Origin: Draconibacterium sp.
GTDB taxonomy: Bacteria > Bacteroidota > Bacteroidia > Bacteroidales > Prolixibacteraceae
Direction of reading: 5' to 3'
Assembly: GCA_035399765.1 (NCBI GenBank)
Contig: DAOPJR010000002.1
Coordinates: 14,696 to 78,695, forward strand
Length of the DNA: 64,000 nucleotides
The notes under the pieces are model-generated. The model was given only the letters and a program-made list of their open reading frames with translations. It was not told the origin of the DNA and did not search any database. Positions 39,410-47,224 of the stretch are shown one piece after another. The translations under genes and the position numbers were made by a program. Position 1 is the first letter of the stretch. The number at the start of each line of letters is the position of its first letter.

Positions 39410-41563
39410 ATGGCTTCAACTTTTATTTTTTTTGATCGACTGGATGCTATTCTTGAACGTATCATTGGCGACCGGCAATTAACTCCTTCCGAAGAAGTGA
39501 CAAAAAAATACATGCTGACACAGGGAGCAGCAGCGATAAGCGGATTGTCAGCGATGTTTATTCTTGGCAGGGTCATTGAAGCCAAAATGTTTGCCGAGTT
39601 TTGTTGGGTCTATATACTTTTCATGATAGGAGCCAATTACCTCTTTCTAAAAGCAAAGAATATAGGTAAATTTTTATTTCTTCTAAAGATTGCCATGATA
39701 GTGATCTCCTCCATTTACGTTATAAGAATGGGAGGTTTGTTGACTAGCGGTGGGCTGTTCCTGCTTTCGGTGCAGGCAGTTACAAGTACCGTAATATTGC
39801 GGAATATGCGCAAAATACTAACTGTCTCGCTTATTTTTGTTGTGGCAATGACGCTTCTTGCTGTATTTGAACCACTTTTCCCCACACGATATGCTCTTAA
39901 TCCGCAACAAAATGTCATTGCTTTTGTCTCAAGTGTTGTGTTAATTACCGGATACATTTTCTTTTTCAGTCTGTATGCTTCGAACCTTTACACAAAAATG
40001 GAACATCTTGAAACGCAGAGGCAGAAGGAATTGAACGATGCAAAAACACGTTTGTATACTAACATTACACACGAGTTCAGAACTCCTTTAACAGTTATTC
40101 TGGGTTTGGCCGATTCTGTCAAAGCCGGACAGCAAAACCACATTGAAGCGAAAATGGATACCATAATAAAGAATGGTAAAAGTCTATTACAACTGGTTGA
40201 TCAAATGCTGGACCTGAGTAAACTTGAGTCGGGCAAAATGACCGTTAGCAAAATACATACAAACATCATCCCATTCTTGAAATATGTTTTCCAGTTGCAG
40301 GAATTTTATGCTGAAGAAAAAAGAATCCATTTTTCATTCTTCTCTGAAAGCCAGTCATACAAGCTGGATTTCGACCCTGAGAAAACCGCTGCTATCATTT
40401 CTAACTTGCTGAATAATTCTATCAAATTCACTTCCGAAGGAGGAAGCATTACCTTGAAGGTATATGCCGTTTCGAATTATTTGCACATCGAAATCAGAGA
40501 CAATGGAATTGGTATCCCGGCAGAAAAAATGGAAAAAATATTTGATCGGTTTTACCAGGAAGATGGAGAAAATACACGAAAAAACGGTGGAGCTGGAGTT
40601 GGACTGGCACTTACCCGCGAATTGGTGAATTTGATGAAGGGCACCATAAGTGTGAAAAGTGTTCCCGGAGTTGAAACCGTGTTTGTGGTACGTTTACCTG
40701 TTACACATCAAATTCAGACAGAGTTAAAAGAAGTTACGAAAGGTTTAAATTTTGACGATGAGAAAATACTCCAGTCAAAATTAGATACTTCAAAAGTGCA
40801 ATCCAGTAATCATCAGCAATTGTTAATTGTGGAAGACAATGCTGATGTGGTTGCTTATTTAAAAGCGTGTTACCAGAATAATTTCAGGATAATAATAGCA
40901 GAAGATGGAATGACGGGTTACCAGATGGCGCTGGAATATATTCCCGACATTATTATTAGTGACGTGATGATGCCGGGAATGGATGGGTTTGAATTGTGCA
41001 AAAAACTAAAAGACGATTTTCGTACCAGCCACATCCCCATCATTTTGCTTACTGCCAAGGCTGATATTCCATCGCGTATCGAGGGGCTCGAGCAAGGTGC
41101 TGACGCTTATGTGGTAAAGCCTTTTAATCAACAGGAATTGCTTGTACGTATGCAGAAATTGCTGGAACTTCGACGCAATCTTTTTAAACGCTACAGTAAT
41201 GGAAATGGATCCGGATTTTCATCCGATCCGGTGATTCTGAAAGAAGATAAATTTTTTGAACGCCTGAATGAGTCGATCAACCGGAATCTTAGCGACGAGA
41301 ATTACGACATTCATCAACTTTGCGAAGACATGGCCATGAGCAAGTCGCAGCTGTACCGAAAATTCAGGGCGCTCACTAACGACTCGGCAGCACGATATAT
41401 CCGCCGTCAGCGCATGAAACGCGCTAAAGAATTACTTCAGACCACCGACATGAATATTACTGAAGTAGGCTACGAGGTTGGTATGAAAAGCCTTTCAACC
41501 TTTAGTCAGCTTTTTAAAGATGAATTTGGTGAAAGCCCACGGGAGTTTCTTAATCAGCGTTAA
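39410..41563 (+). CDS. Hybrid sensor kinase-response regulator (multi-TM sensor, HisKA, HATPase, REC, AraC)
   Basis: About 6 N-terminal TM helices, TNITHEFRTPL, NNSIKFT, GAGVGLAL, IVEDN/DIIISDVMMP REC, MSKSQLYRK..NITEVGYEVG AraC HTH. Confidence 0.92.
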   Translation: MASTFIFFDRLDAILERIIGDRQLTPSEEVTKKYMLTQGAAAISGLSAMFILGRVIEAKMFAEFCWVYILFMIGANYLFLKAKNIGKFLFLLKIAMIVISSIYVIRMGGLLTSGGLFLLSVQAVTSTVILRNMRKILTVSLIFVVAMTLLAVFEPLFPTRYALNPQQNVIAFVSSVVLITGYIFFFSLYASNLYTKMEHLETQRQKELNDAKTRLYTNITHEFRTPLTVILGLADSVKAGQQNHIEAKMDTIIKNGKSLLQLVDQMLDLSKLESGKMTVSKIHTNIIPFLKYVFQLQEFYAEEKRIHFSFFSESQSYKLDFDPEKTAAIISNLLNNSIKFTSEGGSITLKVYAVSNYLHIEIRDNGIGIPAEKMEKIFDRFYQEDGENTRKNGGAGVGLALTRELVNLMKGTISVKSVPGVETVFVVRLPVTHQIQTELKEVTKGLNFDDEKILQSKLDTSKVQSSNHQQLLIVEDNADVVAYLKACYQNNFRIIIAEDGMTGYQMALEYIPDIIISDVMMPGMDGFELCKKLKDDFRTSHIPIILLTAKADIPSRIEGLEQGADAYVVKPFNQQELLVRMQKLLELRRNLFKRYSNGNGSGFSSDPVILKEDKFFERLNESINRNLSDENYDIHQLCEDMAMSKSQLYRKFRALTNDSAARYIRRQRMKRAKELLQTTDMNITEVGYEVGMKSLSTFSQLFKDEFGESPREFLNQR

Positions 41564-41594
41564 GGAGTTCTCTCAATAAAAATTCCCATTTAAT

Positions 41595-41630
41595 GGGAAA
41601 AGTCCACAATTTTCAGGGAAATTTCAAAAA
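41595..41630 (+). promoter_or_regulatory. Direct repeats GGGAAA (21-nt period), candidate operator of the esterase gene
   Basis: GGGAAAAGTCCACAATTTTCA-GGGAAATTTCAAA, copies at 41595 and 41616. Confidence 0.5.
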
Positions 41631-41687
41631 GCCGGACGGATGGCATTGTTCTAATTTCGTTACAGTTAACCAATAAAATTAATTACA

Positions 41688-42878
41688 ATGAAAACCAAAA
41701 TTTTAATAGGAGTACTGGCCGTTTTATTTGCTCTGGTCTCCTGCGAAAAAGACAATTTTGCTGAAAAAGATGATCTTGTTCCCACCGAAAAATCTGTCAT
41801 CATTGGTGAAGGAAAGGTAGTTTCGGAAGTGATTCACAGTCCGGCACTGGAGGACAACTTGCTGGGTTTATCTGCCGATCGAAAAGTAAATGTTTATCTT
41901 CCGAAGAGCTATGAAAATTGCCCTGGAAAGCATTATCCGGTTATTTACTTTTTGCACGGAATGCCAGCCTGGAGCGACATGCTGATGGAAGCCGTTCCTT
42001 TTGGGATATTCCAGCAAATGGCACAGCTTGCAGCAGGTGTTGATTTCCCCGCAGAAGGATTTTTACCATGGCTGAATAACCTAATAGATGATGAAGGAAT
42101 GCGCGAAGTAATAATTGTAATGCCGGACGCAAGTACCTTGTTTGGCCCTTCGATGTATGTGAACAATTCTGTAATTGGAAATTTTGAAGATTACATTGTT
42201 GAAGATGTTGTTGCGTTTGTTGACAGCCACTACCGAACCATTCCGCATTTTAACTGGCGTGCTATTTCAGGCCAGTGTGCCGGAGGATACGGCGCGATGA
42301 GTATTGCCATGAAACATCCCAAAGTTTTTCGATATGTTGGAGCACTCTCACCAGCGCATTTCCCCGAACAAACCTGGATGGTAATAGCCCAGTACATGCT
42401 GGCAGAAGACCAAATTTGGTTTGATAATTGGGGAGTACCCGCCGGACCAACTCTTTATTCTCCTTACAGTCCGTTTAAATTCGCAAATTGTTCGGCATAC
42501 ATGCTTGGACAAAACTGGTTACCCAATCTGGGTAATCCGCCGTATTTCTGCGATTTAACTTTTGTTATGGTAGATGGTGTGCCAGTGATTAATCCTGAAT
42601 TAATGACTAAAGTTGATGCGCAGAATCTTCCTGCATTATCGCAGCAATATGAAAAAGGCCTGCGTCAGCTCAAAACTGTTTATTTCGACTGTGGCGAAAA
42701 CGATGAACTTGGAATGTATCAGCCAAATGTAATGTTGAATGAGCAGCTCAATTCCATGCATATCAAACATCAATTTGAGACCTATTCAAATCCGGGAACA
42801 CATATCAGTAATCTATATGAAAGACTTGGGAAGGTTTGGGTATTGCTTTCAAATAACTTTCCCGAATGCGATGAATAA
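41688..42878 (+). CDS. Esterase-family alpha/beta hydrolase lipoprotein with Cys at the nucleophile elbow
   Basis: LVSC lipobox, VYLPKSY, YPVIYFLHG, IVMPD, RAISGQCAGGYGA, DCGENDE, GTH. Confidence 0.82.
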   Translation: MKTKILIGVLAVLFALVSCEKDNFAEKDDLVPTEKSVIIGEGKVVSEVIHSPALEDNLLGLSADRKVNVYLPKSYENCPGKHYPVIYFLHGMPAWSDMLMEAVPFGIFQQMAQLAAGVDFPAEGFLPWLNNLIDDEGMREVIIVMPDASTLFGPSMYVNNSVIGNFEDYIVEDVVAFVDSHYRTIPHFNWRAISGQCAGGYGAMSIAMKHPKVFRYVGALSPAHFPEQTWMVIAQYMLAEDQIWFDNWGVPAGPTLYSPYSPFKFANCSAYMLGQNWLPNLGNPPYFCDLTFVMVDGVPVINPELMTKVDAQNLPALSQQYEKGLRQLKTVYFDCGENDELGMYQPNVMLNEQLNSMHIKHQFETYSNPGTHISNLYERLGKVWVLLSNNFPECDE

Positions 42879-42905
42879 CGAAGTAATTACCAAAATTTCT
42901 GAAAT

Positions 42906-42943
42906 ATAAGAACGGGAAAGCAGATCTGCTTTCCCGTTCTTAT
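42906..42943. terminator. Perfect 38-bp palindrome, probable terminator
   Basis: ATAAGAACGGGAAAGCAGA|TCTGCTTTCCCGTTCTTAT, 27 nt after the esterase stop. Confidence 0.7.
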
Positions 42944-43075
42944 TTAAATAGCTTTCACTTTAATATGCAAGATTGATGTAAATAAATCCTGAAAATTGAC
43001 ACAAGTTTCAATATTTCGTCGAATGTGCGGACCTTTTTTTGTTGTATCTTTCTTCAGGTATAAATGAGTTAAAAA

Positions 43076-45964
43076 GTGAAAATAATTTCATCTGTTTTAT
43101 TGGTTTTACTATCGTTTCAGTTTGTTCAGGCTCAGGTGATTGAAAAGTCTGAGATAAAAAGCAAAGTGGAGGCGTATAAAAAAGATGCAAAAGGGCCGTA
43201 CCAGCAAATTATGTGGTTTTGCCCCGATGGATCGAAAGTACCTCCCCGTGAGCGTTGCCCAGAGCCGGGAGGTGTGCAGCGAGCTACATACAAATTATGG
43301 GTGGAAAATCTGGCAAAAAGCAATCACATTTTTCTGGGTCAAATTCTGGCGGCTACTGATTATGCTCAATTTCTGGATGCTGAAAACCAATATTCACGGG
43401 CTAAACAATATCAGATTGAAAATTATCTGGAAGGAATTGATAATGGCTGGATTCAGCAAAAGGCAAAATTCTACCGGGGTGCTTTTCAGGATGAGGATGA
43501 AAACGCTTGGGGCGAAAAATTTCTGAAGTGGACATTGGAAGAAGAAAGTCTTGATTTATCCGATTTTTTCCTATTGCGGCAGTGGTTTAAAAATATTCCT
43601 CACAAAGCAGAGACTGCCAACATTCGGAAAGTGCGGGTGCTCTCACTTGAAATAGCTGACAGTATTCCGTCTTTTATGAACATTCGGGTTAAAATCCATG
43701 GCCAGCCAGAAGCTTCGGATATTGATGCAGTAAAAGGGTTCAAACAGAAAAATGCCGGAAAAATTTCATCAGCTAACGCGGCAAAACTGGATGAGTTGAT
43801 TACTGAAATGCAACGCATTTATACTCCTGTCGAATGGACTTCACTAGGAAGCTTTGCCTCGAACAAATCATTAAGACCCGATGAAAGAAATTTGATACAA
43901 GGATGGGTAAGCGAAATTAATGCGTTGCCTGAAGTTGGTCAGAAAATTGAACGGGCAGCTGCAATGCTTCTTGAAACAAGAGAAATAGTTCTGGCGTTTG
44001 GACCGAAAGATAAATATGTATTGCTTGATTTTTCTGTTAAAACGGAAGAAATGATCTTCAGGGAACTTCCGAATTGGAAACCTGTTGACCTTTCCGATAT
44101 CCTTCGAAAAAACTATGTGCTCTCGATGGCTGCCGCCGGTGCAGGTTATATTGAAATGTGGGAATGGGAAACCATTGCACCATTACTAAAACCTTTTTCT
44201 GAAACTCAACTTTCGCTTGGTGAACTTACCGAATGCTTAAATACAGCACGTAGTGTAGTTGAATGGAGTACCGGTATGATTCGGGCCAACTATGGAAAGG
44301 AAATTACGCTTTTCGAAGGGTTCGAACCTTTGACCAGTGGTTTTGCAGATGATTTGATTCGCTCGTCAGTTTTATTACAGTTAGGACAGAGTGTGGGTGA
44401 GCTTGGTGCCTTTTTATCTGCTCGGTCCTCAGGAGCTAATCAGGTTTTCGACCTGGCAAATCAGGGGTATTTTCGTGGCCTTAATTCCGGTTTTGCCAAA
44501 GGGGTACTGGTGGTAACCGATAATCCGGAAGAAATTGAAGTATCCTCCGATAAAATATATGTATTTAATCACCCACCGTCAGATTTAAAACCGGTGGCAG
44601 GAATTGCTACTGTTTCAGAAGGAAATATGGTGTCACATGTTCAGTTACTGGCACGAAATCTTGGGATTCCAAATGCTGTGTTATCGATGCAAAACATGAG
44701 TGACCTTATAAAATATGAAGGCAGGGAAGTTTTTTATGCAGTAACTCCTAACGGAAATGTGACGATGAAACTGGCTGAAAACATGAATGACAGTGAAAAG
44801 AAACTGTTTGAAGTGAAGAAACGGGAAGAGCGAAAAATCCGGGTAGGAACCGAGAAACTTGATTTGGAGCAAACCACTGTCCTCAATCTTCGTGATGTGG
44901 ATGCCAAAAGTTCGGGAAAACTTTGTGGCCCGAAGGCTGCAAACCTGGGGCAACTCAAACGCATGTTTCCTGATTACGTGGTAGAGGGACTCGTGATACC
45001 GTTTGGTATATTCAGACAACACATGGATCAGTCAATGCCCGGGCAAAACGGAACATACTGGGATTTTCTAAATAAAACGTTTGCTGAAGCTGGTGAAATG
45101 GAAAAGGCTGGAGCAGAAAAAGCCGATATGGATGTGTTTGTACTGAAACAATTGGAAACGCTTCGAAATGCCATTCTTGAAATGAAATTTCTGCCGGGTT
45201 TTGAAGCCGACCTGAGATCGGGATTTGTAAATGTGCTTGGTAAGGAGATGGGAGATCTGCCTGTATTTTTGCGGAGTGACACAAACATGGAGGATCTCAA
45301 GGATTTTACGGGTGCTGGTCTGAATCTAACGCTCTTCAACGTAGTGGATGTAGATAAAATATTGAAAGGTATTAAACAGGTGTGGGCTTCGCCGTATTCA
45401 GAGCGTAGTTTTCGCTGGAGGCAGAGTTTTCTGCTAAATCCTGAAAATGTGTATCCATCCATTTTGGTTATTCCAAGCGTGAATGTGGATTATTCGGGAG
45501 TGCTAATTACGAAGGGGGTTAGTAATGGAAATGCAGATGATTTAACCATTGCATTTAGCCGGGGAGCCGGTGGCGCAGTAGACGGGCAGGCAGCTGAATC
45601 GTATCTGCTTGAAGCAAACGGAACCAATCGTTTACTTTCTCCTGCACGCGAACCCTCCTACAATACGCTGCCCTTAACAGGAGGAACAGGAAAAGCATTT
45701 GCTACTTTTGAATCTCCTATTTTGAGAGAAGAAAACCTAGCAAAAGTACGTGAGTTCAGTAAACAACTTCAGCAGAAAATGGAAGAAACTCAAAGTATGG
45801 AAGGTCCTTTTGATGTAGAACTCGGTTTCCTTCAGAATAGACTTTGGCTGTTCCAGGTACGTCCTTTTGTGGAAAATAAAAATGCAGCCGGGGCAGATTA
45901 TCTTAAATCAATTTCGGTTAAACCCGATGAGAAGAAAATGATTTCACTTTCAGAAAAATTGTAA
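43076..45964 (+). CDS. Exported PEP-synthase/PPDK-superfamily dikinase (unknown N-domain, phospho-His domain, C-terminal ATP-grasp)
   Basis: Signal peptide MKIISSVLLVLLSFQFVQA (GTG start); GNMVSHVQLLARNLGIP (His521); GPKAANLG (~618), FLRSDTNMEDLKDFTGAGL (~733), VWAS, SGVLIT, DVELG...LFQVRP. Confidence 0.82.
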   Translation: MKIISSVLLVLLSFQFVQAQVIEKSEIKSKVEAYKKDAKGPYQQIMWFCPDGSKVPPRERCPEPGGVQRATYKLWVENLAKSNHIFLGQILAATDYAQFLDAENQYSRAKQYQIENYLEGIDNGWIQQKAKFYRGAFQDEDENAWGEKFLKWTLEEESLDLSDFFLLRQWFKNIPHKAETANIRKVRVLSLEIADSIPSFMNIRVKIHGQPEASDIDAVKGFKQKNAGKISSANAAKLDELITEMQRIYTPVEWTSLGSFASNKSLRPDERNLIQGWVSEINALPEVGQKIERAAAMLLETREIVLAFGPKDKYVLLDFSVKTEEMIFRELPNWKPVDLSDILRKNYVLSMAAAGAGYIEMWEWETIAPLLKPFSETQLSLGELTECLNTARSVVEWSTGMIRANYGKEITLFEGFEPLTSGFADDLIRSSVLLQLGQSVGELGAFLSARSSGANQVFDLANQGYFRGLNSGFAKGVLVVTDNPEEIEVSSDKIYVFNHPPSDLKPVAGIATVSEGNMVSHVQLLARNLGIPNAVLSMQNMSDLIKYEGREVFYAVTPNGNVTMKLAENMNDSEKKLFEVKKREERKIRVGTEKLDLEQTTVLNLRDVDAKSSGKLCGPKAANLGQLKRMFPDYVVEGLVIPFGIFRQHMDQSMPGQNGTYWDFLNKTFAEAGEMEKAGAEKADMDVFVLKQLETLRNAILEMKFLPGFEADLRSGFVNVLGKEMGDLPVFLRSDTNMEDLKDFTGAGLNLTLFNVVDVDKILKGIKQVWASPYSERSFRWRQSFLLNPENVYPSILVIPSVNVDYSGVLITKGVSNGNADDLTIAFSRGAGGAVDGQAAESYLLEANGTNRLLSPAREPSYNTLPLTGGTGKAFATFESPILREENLAKVREFSKQLQQKMEETQSMEGPFDVELGFLQNRLWLFQVRPFVENKNAAGADYLKSISVKPDEKKMISLSEKL

Positions 45965-45965
45965 T

Positions 45966-47222
45966 ATGAAGACTTCCCTAAAAATAGTACTTGCAGCGAT
46001 TTTACTAATCCTGGCAGACTTTGCTTCAGCTTACCCAATTGATGGGTATGCACTTACGGGAATCCGGCGTTTGTTACGTTTGCAAATGATCCTGAATGGT
46101 GAAATCAAGGACACCAAGCCTATCGAAGGGGCGCAAAAAACGCTGGCTGATATCCATCTACAGTTAATGAATTTAAAAGGAGATAGCCTTGTTACGTTGC
46201 CTAAAACCGATCCGGTTCTTCAGAAAAAACTAGGTTCTCTTTTCCCCAATCTGGATGAAAGTTATTCGGTTACCTTACTCGATATTACTCCAGGAAAACC
46301 AATTCGTTATGCTACTCGTCAGGAGACACGTGGTTTTCAGCCTGGAAGTGTTGGGAAGCTGGCCGTTGTTGCCGCATTGTTTACTGAATTGCAACGTATT
46401 TATCCCAACTCGTTTGAAAAGCGCCAGCAACTGCTCAAAAATAAATCGGTTCGTGCTGGTCGCTGGGCGATGACCGATGAACACACCGTCCCTTTTTTCG
46501 ATCCCGAAACAAAAAAACTGGTGAAACGAACAGTGAAGGAAGATGATGTTTTTACGATCTACGAATGGGTAGATCATATGCTTTCGGTTAGTAACAACGG
46601 TGCGGCAAGTGTGGTGTGGCGGGAAGCCATTCTGATGCGTCACTTTGGTAAAGATTATCCGGCCTTGAATGAAGAACAGGCCATTCAATTTTTTAAAACA
46701 TTTCCAAAAGATTCGTTACGTCGATTGGCCAACCTGGTCGTAAATGAACCTCTGCAGGAATTAGGAATCACCAAAGAAGAATGGCGACTGGGAAGTATGT
46801 TTACTCAGGGAGCCAAGTCTTTTATCCCGGGAGAAGGAGGTAGTATTGGCTGTCCGCAGGGATTGATGAAATACTTGATTGCATTGGAAAGTGGCAAAAT
46901 TGTGGATGTAAAATCGAGCCTCGAAATAAAACGTTTGTTGTATATGACGGACCGGAGAATTCGGTATGCCACTTCACCCCGACTGACAAAAGCTGCAGTT
47001 TACTTCAAGTCGGGGAGTTTGTACAAATGCAAAAAAGAAGAAGGTTTCGAGTGCAAAAAATACATGGGCAACGTGGAAAATTACATGAACTCGGTGGCAA
47101 TTGTCGAGCATCCTGACGGAACGGTTTATTTGGTTGCACTGATGTCGAACGTGTTGAAAAAGAATTCCAACATCGATCACCAAACCCTGGCGACCTATAT
47201 CGATGATGTTATCAGGAAATAA
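45966..47222 (+). CDS. Exported serine hydrolase, class A beta-lactamase/PBP fold
   Basis: Signal peptide (FASA-Y); GSVGK (SxxK), SNN (SxN), FKSGS (KSG); starts 1 nt after the dikinase stop. Confidence 0.8.
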   Translation: MKTSLKIVLAAILLILADFASAYPIDGYALTGIRRLLRLQMILNGEIKDTKPIEGAQKTLADIHLQLMNLKGDSLVTLPKTDPVLQKKLGSLFPNLDESYSVTLLDITPGKPIRYATRQETRGFQPGSVGKLAVVAALFTELQRIYPNSFEKRQQLLKNKSVRAGRWAMTDEHTVPFFDPETKKLVKRTVKEDDVFTIYEWVDHMLSVSNNGAASVVWREAILMRHFGKDYPALNEEQAIQFFKTFPKDSLRRLANLVVNEPLQELGITKEEWRLGSMFTQGAKSFIPGEGGSIGCPQGLMKYLIALESGKIVDVKSSLEIKRLLYMTDRRIRYATSPRLTKAAVYFKSGSLYKCKKEEGFECKKYMGNVENYMNSVAIVEHPDGTVYLVALMSNVLKKNSNIDHQTLATYIDDVIRK

Positions 47223-47224
47223 AT

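Noticed and set aside
43076-45964. Calling this gene ppsA (PEP synthase)
   Set aside because: It has a signal peptide, reversed domain order and no pyruvate-binding barrel
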